Below, in pieces: positions 40,629 to 52,531 of a DNA stretch of 64,000 nucleotides. The notes under the pieces were generated by a model. It worked only from the letters and a program-made list of their open reading frames with translations, was not told the origin of the DNA and searched no databases. This DNA comes from Patellaria atrata CBS 101060 (lineage: Eukaryota), in NCBI GenBank assembly GCA_010093705.1, contig MU006096.1:890004-954003 (forward strand), read 5' to 3'. The first letter of the stretch is position 1. Every line of letters starts with the position of its first letter. A program made the position numbers and the translations under genes.

Positions 40629-42218
40629 GGTTTTTAATTTCTACTATGGAGGTATTTATGTTTCGAGAGAGTCGGCCGGTCGCTTTTATACCAACTATTG
40701 AGAATAGACAGAAAGAGGGGGGCCAGGTTACTTGCTGTAGTCTTTTGATATCTTCTATCTTCGGTTTCTTCAGTAAGTTTTTTTTTGATTCAGTGATACT
40801 CTTGAGGAGATGCCTTGAAAATTGAACTTGCAATCAATATGGCGGAGCGCTACTGGAAAACAAAGAACTGCAGTACTGGCCCACAATGGTTATTGCATGA
40901 CTGCAAGTTCAGTATTTCGGTGTCTAGTCATGACTTTGTTTAATCAGTTTATGGTCAGTAACTGCAACCTTTCTAGCAAGCAGAATTACACATAATTATA
41001 CAATCGCTTCTTTGACCGCATATCATTCTGAATATCTGATCGTATACGTGGGGTCTCTTCTTTTCTGAGTCAACGGTGAACCCTTCATCAATAGAAACTA
41101 AGGTGCTTCTACTAAGCGTAATTTCAGTACTTTATAGCCCTTATGAGCAATATATCCGACTATAAACGAAACTCATCAGAGTTCTCGAAAGATTAAGGAA
41201 AGTAGGTAGTTACCTAGGCGACGTTTCACCGTCTAAACCTGCCTTCTGATGCCTTTCCCAGCTCGAAGCATCTGCAGCCTCACTAAAAGGGCAATAAACT
41301 TTACCTCAACAAGCACATTGCAGCATATCGTCGAACGTCTTGTCATTTCGCCCTTTTTTGCGACTGGTATATTTGTGACATGGGGGCTTACACCTGACCT
41401 TGCTCTCACCTATCAATCGTCGGACTACGATAGTAGGGCTACGCCATCATCTGAGACATGACAGAGTGATTTTTTTTCTATCCCGCTAGAAAATTTTATT
41501 GGTACCACACAGTACAGTATGGAATATATAGGATAAAAACTCTGAAAAACATCGTTTAGCAGAACACTTCTACTGTGTTGAATGATATCCTGTCTTGTCA
41601 TCCATCACGAATGTACTGTACGGTTCATCATTAAGCTGTCTCTGACCTTACTGGAGGAAAGGAGCAAAATGTAGTCAACTCTGAATCGTATAACGACCTG
41701 CCAATATTGATTTAAGTGCTGCACGCTTGCTCCTAACTGTCACCCAGGGTATCTCAGACTCCGCTGTACAGAAGAATAGAAAACGAACAGACGGCGCCCA
41801 ACCGTAAAAAGGCCTTAGACTGTACCAAATGAAACTCTTCGAAACTCGGGTTCAACAGCCAGTAATGGTTCTATGAACTGTATAGATGGGAGGATACGAG
41901 AACCGTTGAAACTGGAGAGGCGTAGAATCAACCATGAGTACGTGCTCAGTCAATGACTTATTGCTCATGGCGACTATCCAACCGCAGCTTCCACATCACC
42001 ACTCCACCGGTGAATAACAGAAACTTACTGTTACTCGAATGACGGTTTCCTTATATCACAGCGCCAAATGGCACCATTCAGAATACCCTTCCCAATACGC
42101 CGCCAACGCACCATATCAACTTGCCCAACCCTTCATTCAATACACGCCTATTTAAGTCGAACCCATGACTCCCGTTCAGAGCATATATCATACCCACCAC
42201 TCCCCGAAAACCCCCAAC

Positions 42219-42678
42219 ATGTCCGAATGCTCGACACCTGTCGACTTCACCATGCCCCTATACGTGCAATGGGGTATGATTCACAACCTTCTCGACACCA
42301 TACACCTGGACTGCAAAGTCCCCCGCACTGTCCTCATAGACTTCAAGCACTTCTAAAAGGAGGTCTTCGCCCTCGCCATCATGTACGTGAGCGTCCAGCT
42401 CTCCAAATGCGGGTTCCTGAAGGTGCTGCGGGAACCATGGGCGCGCACCCGAGAATTCGGAAGGAGTGCGGAGTTTAGAACATGCGTTGGCTCTGGTGGA
42501 GGTGAGGCTGGAGGACATGCGGTGCAGGTCACAGAACGAGGACGTGGCGGACATTTTGGGTGCGCATTTGCAGGATAGGAATTTGTTGTTTATCGCTTTG
42601 GAGGATAAGATGGTGCGGTGGGGTGAGGAGTTGAAGTTGTTGAGACTTATAAGGGTTGTAGGGACAGCCGTGTGGTGA
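42219..42678 (+). pseudogene. Disrupted hypothetical gene (in-frame TAA plus a frameshift)
   Basis: ORFs 42165..42356 and 42381..42578 share a frame separated by one TAA. A helical-looking continuation LEHALALVEVRLEDMRCR... lies in the +1 frame. C-rich to G-rich gradient resembles nearby genes. Confidence 0.45.
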
Positions 42679-43361
42679 CTAGTTATCGGATCCGGTTGTA
42701 ATATGGGAGACACCTGGCAGGCGCGATGGTTGAAGGAGTGTCATAGCAGAAGATGATAACTTTGCGTAGCGCGAATTGTGACCGTATCGTTTGGGATGGA
42801 AAATTTCTTCGATCGGCCAGACACTCTGACAAGGTTAAATAACGAGCAGACAAAGAAGCGTGAGTGTTTTTAATGGACATCGGTACAACTAAGAAGCTGG
42901 TCAGTCTGGTTCGTGTTGGTGAAGGTAGTTGATCACAGTTACTGACAATGTTTGTTGCAGCGAAACGAGATAAAAACTCTTTCCTTAAATTCCCGCGCAC
43001 GGCGAGAAGATTTAATGAAAAAGATGAAGGTTTGACAGCAAAAATTGCCCCGGTAGAGCCCCCGAAGGAGATCTATAGCGGTCCAGCCACCTCGCTGTGC
43101 AATGAAGGGCAGACTGCTAGGTGTCCGTATTCTTGATCACAGACGACCCCAAGAAGGTAAGTATGAAGAGAAAAGAAAAAGAAGAGTTGGAGGAGGAGGA
43201 GCGAAGGGTTTATATACCCGACGAAGCGCGCTAGCTGGCCGGGCCGACGATTCATGCGATTTCAGGCTGGCTTATCGATAACGATTGACTACCGTGAACC
43301 TCGAAACGCGTCTTCCGAGTCGCGTTTTCCTCAAGAAGTTGTTGAAGCATAGAATCTCACC

Positions 43362-43997
43362 ATGTTGACGATACAACAATCGAAAACGCATGCGGGAAAA
43401 TGTACTCCTAATGTACTACCATGTCGGATAAATCATAATGGCCCGGTTAATGCGTCAGAGCGCTACTGGAAAGTAGAAACTCAGCAAGGTACGTAGACTC
43501 CTTGCTCGATAGTCTGGTCTCCGTCTAACGTAAATCAGATGGGAAGCAGATAACCTACTTCCGCGGTCGCAAGTTGGAAGGGCATACGGTGAGGGTGCCT
43601 GAAGGTTATCAAGGTGAGGCCCATACCATTATCTCCCTATCTCAGCACTAAGGAACATGCAGGTGCCGTGATCCAACCCACGAACAAAATATATAGCGAT
43701 CCCTCGAGAAATATCTCCGCACTTTATGGAGACATGGAGGATGGTGAGAATGATGATATTCTGAGGATAGAAGTCAAGGTTGCAGAGCAAGTCGCGAGTT
43801 TTGATGAAATAATGGTATGGGGGCATGAAGCATTTCCAGACACAACTGAGGATGCATATGTGAAGGGAGTTGATGAGTGGGTATCTTTTGCAAGTGCTGT
43901 AAGCAAAAGTCATTCTGTTAAATTTTTACTTTCTAATATCGTATAGCTACACTCCACTTCGGATGAAAGTGAGTCAAAAGAGAAGAATTCGTCATGA
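43362..43997 (+). CDS. RNH203: Ribonuclease H2 non-catalytic subunit C, 4 exons
   Basis: PNVLPCRINHNGP, YFRGRKLEG...VPEGYQG and FDEIMVWGHE...DAYVKGVDEWVSFA. Confidence 0.88.
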
Positions 43998-44138
43998 TTG
44001 GGAGGCTTCGGATATCATATGATTCACAATTGGCGTATCAGCATTGGGTGGTGATTTTTTGATGGAACTGGATCACCCGTTAGCAAAGGCACGTATTTCC
44101 CAGAGGATGATTATCTGGAGTAATGACATATACGTATA

Positions 44139-44738
44139 TCATCGACTATCATGCTCTTTGTTCAGCAGTTTCTGTTCTCTGTCCCACTCTTTCTGCTCGG
44201 TTTGAAACTCCCCCTTAAGCCTCTTATATACCGGATCTTCTTGACATCTGGTCCATACCGCTTTGAACAGCTCGCTAGCTTCTAACTTCTCCTTCGCATC
44301 TCTATGTTCATAACTCTTCTTTAGCTCCTGCCCGCTCGTTTTATCATACTTTCTCCCGCCTTTGTGGTTAGCATATCTTTTCGCTCTTGTCATACCCTAA
44401 CACGGAGTCAGCATGACATATGTCAGGTATCAAAGATACTTTCGAGTAAGCAATCTTCATTCATGATACTAGCTATGCTGAAATTGGTGTAAAAAGTATG
44501 CTCCTACCATTTGAATGAACTTTCTACACATATCCATTCCCACAAAATCACCTTCCTTACCATATGCCTCGAACCGATCCCACAAATCCTTTGAGCTCCG
44601 ACGAGCAATGTCTAGAGTTCTGAATCTCCATAGAGGTAGTAATGCAGATTTATAAGGTTCGAAAGTCAGTACACCTTGCTCCCCCCGGCCAATGCGGTAG
44701 CTCATACGAAGGTGTTGGGATTGGATGGCAGATCCCAT
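44139..44738 (-). CDS. DUF4385 family protein, 2 exons
   Basis: YRIGRGEQGVLTFEPYKSALLPLWRFRT...DFVGMDMCRKFIQM/GMTRAKRYANHKGGRKY. Confidence 0.85.
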
Positions 44739-47258
44739 TGGGAGTTTTTTTTAAAAAAAAGATAGAACTTGGTTATGCACTTTGCTATCAAGTAAAATGG
44801 ATGATAGACGTAGGAGACTATGAACGAATTTAATCGGTCTCAGGGTATTAGATAGATTAATGAGCTTAACAGCGAAGAGATGGGATAGTACAACTGAGAT
44901 GGAAGTTCCATGAGGTGACGACGGGTCAAAGGGTCCAAAGCTTTGGCCACTTCGAAGTTAGACAACCTCACTGCACGCTTCCGTTTGTTACTGTTAGACC
45001 AGCCATAAGATTTCATGGTTGTTCAAAATACTTTGAGGATGCCGCAGCAGGACTATCACAGAGCATATGTGATGCTTCCAGGTACTTTAGAAGATCAGGC
45101 ACCACAGTCATACTCCCAAACTCGATACGAAGGGAAGAAACGAGAATCGACCAGCCTACTCTTCTGACTTTATATTGTTTAGCTGCTCACCCTATACTAG
45201 TGGAGGGGAGGTCGCTTTCTTTCAAGAGAATGATACTAATCCACCAGTTTTTGCGAAGAAGACTGGAAAACCCTCAAGACGGGCCAGCAACGGCTCCGAT
45301 CACAGTCTTTACAGAATTGACGGCATACGAATGTGAACATTCCCTGTTCAGAAAAAGGATCACCAGAGGACGGGAAGAACTAGAATTCCTGATGGATTGT
45401 TGCTGGGACAAAAGGATAACTTATCTGATAATGGGACTGGAGTCGACTGAGCTGCTAACAGATCTAGACTATCGATATCCCTAACCCTATCCAAGGAGTG
45501 AAGCCGGGACCACGGATACTCGTTAATCATAAGCTTTCGAAAGAAAAGCTTACACTTCGATTATTACTTCTGGATGAATCCTTTTCTTAAAAACACTCCT
45601 ATTATTGTCTTGAAGGGCTCATTGTTAGAAGTGATATCCGTCATGGAAGGTTTCAGGGCTACGAAATTGGAATAGAAGAGCGCGTTTCGAAGGAACAGGA
45701 ACCAAAGGACAACTCGGACATTATGGTTTCCAACTGAATCTAGATGCTGCACTTCGTCCTAAGGTAGGTCTCCCGTGCCTTTCTCACCGGGTATCTCTGT
45801 AGATACGGGCCTATAGCTGCACCCCGCATGAGGAGAGCTCGTATTGACTCGGTATGAAAGGATCTCGTCCTGAGTATCTTGAAATCTCCTATCATATCCT
45901 TATCCCATTCTCTTTTCCGGAAGATCGCCAGGGTTGGAACTTGCAGCTTGTGGAGCCTCTCTTAGCTTGCCTTATTTCCATCTCCAGGTCTACGGACGTA
46001 TGGACATGAATAATAACGCGGGGTTGGTAACCGGGCAACTCCACTACATACCAACTTCGTCGTTGTGCTTGGTAACAGAGGAGATTCCTCGAATGTTGAC
46101 AGAAAGGAGAGCGTCGGATGGTCCGGGATACCAACAGCTGATATTAAGGATTACAAGTTATTGTCGTCCAAAGCACAACTCCAGAGCTCAAGGGGGGTCA
46201 TCCATCCAGAACTTCTAGGCAGCTCGGCGATTGATGAATTTGCATGAGTGGTGGGGCAACCAGAGCCAACAAAGATATGATCGATAAGGTCAACCCGCTT
46301 TATCTGTTTCCTCCTAGAGAACTACCATCCAATATGCCCGACCTTACTTGGGTAGAGTACTGGTATTTATACTTCTCCGTTATATAATAATGAAGTTTAA
46401 TGAGAAGCGTGTATTAGCAATTACAATACCGTTGTAGTCTTGTGTAATTATAAGGTATGATACCTAACTTATACGTAGACAAAACGCCTTGATGTATGAT
46501 TGCCTTATGCTTACTCAAGAAGTATTCGGTCTCCCGCCTTATACCCGAGCCTGTTCCTTACTGCTGGAAGAAATAGTTTTGCATTAGTCACATTGATAAT
46601 GGCGAATCAATGGCATTTTGAGGTATGAGCACGTTTCTAGAATGCAAACGTTACCATTACTAAACATAATATCAGGAGAGATATCCGGGTTAGGTTGATA
46701 TTCCCAGGTCCCGGCCGATCGCATATTCGCATGGTCAGACCATCATCCGATATTTCAGTCTCAGCAACGGTCAACTCCTCCACACTAAATCCATAGCGGT
46801 CGTTACCTACAAATTGTACCCTGCTAAAAACATATCTAAAACTTATTTTTTGTAGAAATTTCTGCTTGGGATAACGCAAGACCAATCAGGAGCATTAAGG
46901 ACTCCTCCGATCTCACAACAGCTTGGAATTGTTTCCGTCTAACCGTAACTTTCCGCTAACATCAAACGAACGTGAACATGGATTCGAGTTGTATCTTTGC
47001 GTTTACTCTTTCCCCCAATCTAGACAACGTCAGGACCCTGAGAAAGATGTCACCACAGATGCGGCCTCGGAACCAAGCGAGCCATGTTTCCTTCTGTAGA
47101 CTTCCACCATAGAGAATATATAAAGCATCCGGTAGGTCGCTGCCAATTGACACTTCTCCTTCCTCATCAAATCAGTACTTCAAGATACTTAGCGTATATA
47201 CACAATCCTCTTTCGAACAACTTCACACATCTCGAATCAGACAAACATACATTTCACA

Positions 47259-48368
47259 ATGACTACGGAAATCCCAAAGAAGCAGATGGCTCAGGTCATC
47301 GAGAAGACCGGAGGCCCGCTTCAATATAAAGAAATAGACGTTCAGCAACCTGGCCCAGACGAGATTCTGGTCAATGTCAAGTTTTCCGGCGTCTGCCACA
47401 CAGATCTTCACGCTCTGAAAGGCGACTGGCCGCTTCCTACAAAGCTTCCCCTTGTGGGAGGCCACGAGGGAGCCGGTGTTGTCGTCGCTAGGGGCGAGCT
47501 TATCAAAGATTTAGAATTAGGCGACCACGTTGGCATTAAGGTGAAGAGACTCTTTTGTGTTTTCACTCGAAGTATACTGACCATGATGTAGTGGATAAAC
47601 GGATCATGCTTGGCCTGTGATTTCTGTCAACAATCCGACGAGCCACTTTGCGCTAAAGCTCTTCTCTCTGGCTACACAGTTGACGGTAGCTTCCAGCAAT
47701 ACGCCATTGCAAAAGCTGCACATGTTGCTCGTATCCCCAAAGATATCGATCTAGCAGGCGTAGCGCCAGTTCTGTGCGCCGGTATCACTGTCTACAAGGG
47801 CTTAAAGGAGTCTGGTGCCAAGCCTGGACAAACTGTAGCCATTGTGGGTGCAGGTGGCGGGCTTGGTGCTCTTGCTCAGCAATACGCAAAAGCTATGGGT
47901 CTTCGTACTATCGCCATTGATACTGGCTATGATAAGAGGAAGGTCTGTGCCGAATTAGGCTCGTCAGCTTTCATCGACTTCGCAACGAGCAAGAACGTCG
48001 TCCAGGAGGTCAAAGAGGCTACAGAAGATGGTCTAGGGCCTCATGCAGTCCTTCTTCTTGCCGTCAGCGAAAGGCCCTTCCAGCAAGCAGCAGAATATGT
48101 TCGGGCACGCGGTTCAGTAGTCTGTATTGGCCTTCCAGCAGGTGCATACCTGAAAGCACCTGTCTTCGACACCGTCATCAAAATGATCACAATCAAAGGG
48201 TCCTATGTTGGCAATAGGAAAGACTCATCGGAAGCTCTAGACTTCTACCGCCGTGGTCTGATCAAGTTCCCATACAAGGTCGTCGGTCTATCAGAGTTGC
48301 AAAGCGTATACGAACTAATGGAGAAGGGTGCTATTGCGGGTCGTTACGTTGTTGATACCAGCAAATAG
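47259..48368 (+). CDS. ADH1: Zn-dependent alcohol dehydrogenase I, 2 exons
   Basis: [17 protein letters not shown], structural-Zn Cys cluster, [15 protein letters not shown] and GRYVVDTSK. Confidence 0.97.
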
Positions 48369-49515
48369 AGAAGGCGGGAAAAAAATTATTCAGAAACGGG
48401 TTACGGCAGGGGGGATTGATTGCATTTGGGTGTAAATACTTACCTACTAGAATTTTGTTCCATGGAACGAGCTTGTAATCAGAAATTTTCAACCTCAGCT
48501 CATGCAGTCTTTGCTTTCACCACCGTACGGAGTACATTGGTTTGCGTCCCAAACGAACATGTTTTCTATGATAAAATATTTCCGCCAGGAATGGAATGGA
48601 CGTTTTGCTTTATGTCTTTGATTGAAGCAGACCTTTGAAAACCCGAAAGACAAAAGCTGTGTGACCGAGACGGCTGATACTGTAAGTCTTAAGACACTAG
48701 TTAAGTTTTACGGTTTCGCTCTTATCTTACGTTTATTCGAACGGACTATGATCCGTAAGCTGAAATGTACACCTCAGTACTAATGGTAAGATCCCTCGGT
48801 CACGTTCTCAAAGACTGTCCTTTGACTTGAGATCCTTCAAAAAGTATTTCGCATGTACAAAGTGATCTGTACTCGACGTCTGTCCAGGACTCCAGGCGGT
48901 CTTCTGTTGGTCGGTCGCTCCGTTAGTCGTTATGCAGAAGATAGAAATCCTACGGTGAGCAGTTGGCCGGGAATCTGTTGAATCATAGACTGCAGATCTT
49001 TTGTCAGATGAACAGCATCAACTTTGTCTGAGAGGCGCCTGCACCGGGGTTCAGCCACTTGACTATTATCGGCCTTAAACACGCCTGAAAGGGTTTTCGG
49101 GCTGGGATCTTGCCAGATGAGCTGAGCACCTTGTACTGCGGTGCTGTAGTTCTAAAAGTTTCGCAGCCATGACATCTCAGCTTGCCTTCATAGACGAACA
49201 GACCGCTAAATATCATCAATCCTCTCTTACGATGTATATCGGCTACAATACACCTCCTCTTAATAGACAATATCATAATATACTTACAATTGGACCCCCT
49301 CGAACCGCTACAGACCGTTGCAATCGTGAAACACAACACACTGATTCTATCTGCTTGTGCTAGAATCGGGATCACCAGAAAGCACCACATCTTGAGGCGT
49401 CCAGTGCTAACAACGTATATTTCGTCAGATGCTGATGCTATGAATGTCCTCCCGCGAACTGCTACTCTAATCCCATAACAACCTTTCTCAGCGACTTGTC
49501 GACTACTTGGAAAGC

Positions 49516-51882
49516 ATGCCATCCCCACAAGCCTCCCCAGAGAGATCGTCAGCGCCTTATGACCGTTATGACCGTCCTTACGATCCAGTAGAGATGCAAA
49601 ACTATCCTAGATCCCCATATCGCTCCCATCATGCGTCCCGAGAAGTTTCCCCAAGCTTCCAAGTGTCCCCGCCGCTTGAAATCGAGACAGCATATCGACC
49701 AGAATACACGGCTGTGCCCACAAATTCTAGGGGTATCAAGTTTCCAAGAAAGTCCACGGGCTCAGCCTCCTCAAATACACTCCCTGCAGAAACGGGCCGG
49801 TTTAGATCAGATCCAGATACACAGAGGCTTATGGATAGAAGAGCGGGAGAAATAGCGATATGGAAAGTACATTGGTTGACTCCCTTCATGATGGCAAGCC
49901 TGTTCATCTTGGGTATACTCGGCGCCTTGTCACATCATTTCTTTTACAGGTCGCTCGATGGAAAGCTTGCAAAAAACCAAATCACTCTTGGTCGGATTGG
50001 CACAGCTCTAGCTTTCTTTACTAAATCAACACTTATCGGAAGCGTTCTTTTAAGTTATAGACAGAGAATATGGCATACTGTTAGAACGAGGTCTATGACA
50101 ATTGGTGGAATTGATGCACTTTTCGCAGTCGCTGAAGACCCGGGGAATTTCTTTAACGGTGAAATGCTGAGGAATGCGAAGCTAGCAGCCTTCATGGCTC
50201 TTGCTACATGGTTCATACCTCTCGCCGCCGTTTTAGCCCCGGCCTCTTTGACGTCTGGCGTCGTGCTATCGGAGCAAAACACCACATGCCCTAATGTACC
50301 TACGTTGAATTTCACCCAGGAGGCGAAATACAATTTCCGAAATCCAACCAGCTTCCCTGGAAACTCAATGACTTTTTACAATACAACGGATCGAGATGGT
50401 GAAGACCCAGGATGGTTCGACTATTTCGATCAACCCAGTAAAAATGCACGCCGGCTCACCCTCACATCGATCTACATGAAAAGGGCTGTAGTGGGACCGG
50501 ATGCCGGACAACGTTCATGCGATGGAGGATGGAATTGTACGTATACCTTAAACTTCGTTGGACCAGGGTATAGTTGTGAGGAGGTTGCCCACGGAGTTGG
50601 AGGGAACACAAGTGAATTGGCAATTATGGGTGCGCCTTTCAACACGAGCAAATTGGCCCCTGAAGGTATAATGATTTACCTAGCTGATGTCGATGCTGGA
50701 GAGTATCAGAACCCACAACTTCCCACAGACAATCATGGCGAGCCCATACAGAAACATGGGCCTTGGCCGGATGACCTCGGTGTGTTCAAGGGGGAACCTG
50801 TCCTTTGGATCGGGTATTCTATCGATACTGGAAGAGATTGGCCGGAGGACACACCATCCAGCTGGAAGGAGATGTGGGACACTGAACGGGTTCCTTCAAT
50901 ATTGAAATGCATACATTATGTAACCAACTACACGGTTCATATGAACTTCACTGAAGGGCAACATAACGCAACGGTCCTAAATCGAGATTACCTCCGGCCG
51001 ATAATCAACACCACGGTCAACCCTGGAATTCGGTGGGGGGAGAATCTCACATTCATGCCCGAATCCGAATTTGTACGTCCCACAACGGACGTAGGTCGCT
51101 ACAAGATAACAGCTGCGTATCATGCATTGGGCCAACTGCTCCGCGGCTTTCTCAGAGGTTCCATAGCTTATGATTCCAATTACCCCTTGACCCGTTCAGA
51201 TATCTCGGAAACCAGACTCGTCGACCAACGGACTTCATACCCGGTCGCAAACCTTATAGACATGCTTCAAGCCGTGTATGAGGACATGATCCTCACTCTG
51301 TTATCTGATCCTCATCTTCAAATCAGTTCAACTACGAGCGTACCATGTACCAAAAACAAAGCGCAAAACGTATTCCATTACTACGCTTCGGGTCTTTGGA
51401 TCGGCTATGCTATTGTCGTCGCCTTTACTCTGATTTTTCTCGTCGTTGGTTCCGTATCTATATGGCAGAACGGTGTAACATCCGACACAAGCTTCTCCCG
51501 CATCATGGTTACCACACGGAACCCCACCCTCGATCGAATCTCTGTAGGCGCTTGCCTGGGTGGTGACCCCTTCCCAGCTGAACTGAAGAAGACCCGTTTG
51601 AGATTCGGCATCCTTGAAGAGGACGATGATAATAACAGCGATAATGGAGAGCCTAGGCCAAGCTTGAGCAGGTATGGTGGTGGACGCGGGTTATTTGGAA
51701 GGGTCGAGCACGTGGCCTTTGGAACAGAAGGAGAAACGAGACCAATCGTGAAGTATGGTACTTATGCTGGGTTGAAGAAGTGGAGAAAAATAGTTGAAGA
51801 TGAGGAGACAGAGGGTTTGTTATCCCCACTGTACGAATTTCAGAGGGAAGAGGAGGAAAAGCAGAGGGACCACGACTTATGA
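49516..51882 (+). CDS. Fungal multi-pass membrane glycoprotein of unknown function (~788 aa, intronless)
   Basis: Long ORF with three N-terminal TM helices (around HHFFYRSLDG and YRQRIW), a large luminal region with many N-x-S/T sites, and a C-terminal TM followed by SFSRIMVTTRNP. Confidence 0.85.
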   Translation: MPSPQASPERSSAPYDRYDRPYDPVEMQNYPRSPYRSHHASREVSPSFQVSPPLEIETAYRPEYTAVPTNSRGIKFPRKSTGSASSNTLPAETGRFRSDPDTQRLMDRRAGEIAIWKVHWLTPFMMASLFILGILGALSHHFFYRSLDGKLAKNQITLGRIGTALAFFTKSTLIGSVLLSYRQRIWHTVRTRSMTIGGIDALFAVAEDPGNFFNGEMLRNAKLAAFMALATWFIPLAAVLAPASLTSGVVLSEQNTTCPNVPTLNFTQEAKYNFRNPTSFPGNSMTFYNTTDRDGEDPGWFDYFDQPSKNARRLTLTSIYMKRAVVGPDAGQRSCDGGWNCTYTLNFVGPGYSCEEVAHGVGGNTSELAIMGAPFNTSKLAPEGIMIYLADVDAGEYQNPQLPTDNHGEPIQKHGPWPDDLGVFKGEPVLWIGYSIDTGRDWPEDTPSSWKEMWDTERVPSILKCIHYVTNYTVHMNFTEGQHNATVLNRDYLRPIINTTVNPGIRWGENLTFMPESEFVRPTTDVGRYKITAAYHALGQLLRGFLRGSIAYDSNYPLTRSDISETRLVDQRTSYPVANLIDMLQAVYEDMILTLLSDPHLQISSTTSVPCTKNKAQNVFHYYASGLWIGYAIVVAFTLIFLVVGSVSIWQNGVTSDTSFSRIMVTTRNPTLDRISVGACLGGDPFPAELKKTRLRFGILEEDDDNNSDNGEPRPSLSRYGGGRGLFGRVEHVAFGTEGETRPIVKYGTYAGLKKWRKIVEDEETEGLLSPLYEFQREEEEKQRDHDL

Positions 51883-52531
51883 TTTATTATGTGAATGATT
51901 TACGACAAGCATTTTGGCGCCTTTACGGGGCAATATTTAGGGGGTTTGGGTGTCTCGCTTGAGAGTTCGCGTTGATATCAATTGACATATGGTTACAGAA
52001 TCTGTAGCTTCATATAGGGTTTTGTTATGTAAGATTAGGGATACCCAAGGAGAAAGCCCAATGCTTTGAACAATCTAGAAAATGCATTCTTATCATTGAT
52101 ACTTCTACACACATTTTGGTATGTTTTCATCTGGTTACTACTTATTTAGGCTTAGCTCGGTCCCCTGGAAAGGTTGCAGATGTATGTCTATAGGATACCT
52201 TTGTCAGTCGAAATGGTTCCTGAAACTCTAAACAAACGAGGGAAAATCTTCCAGCAGATACAGGAATGGTATTATCGTACCGGATATTCTGGATATAGGT
52301 ACTGTGGGGGAACCTTTCAAGTTGGGTGGATGTGGCTGAATAAGTTGTGGCGGGGCAATAGAAGGATGCTGGTAGGGTAGAACTATGAGATCAGAGGTTG
52401 GGAGTTGTCGTAAGTCGACTCTGAAACTCAAGGTACCCACAGGCTCCCTTTACTCTCGCTTTGACATATTTCCTAAACATCTTATCTATTTCCATCGTGT
52501 CAACGACTCCGTTCGATTTATTTCGGTCCAA

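Noticed and set aside
44915..45484. 189-aa ORF
   Set aside because: Starts at GTG, with no recognisable motif or coding-like composition.
48436..48450. ATACTTACCT, resembling the 5' end of U1 snRNA
   Set aside because: Lies in the ADH1 3' UTR, and no U1 stem-loops follow.
49004..49528. 174-aa minus-strand ORF upstream of the membrane protein gene
   Set aside because: Non-ATG start, overlaps the promoter and start of a real gene, and has no motifs.
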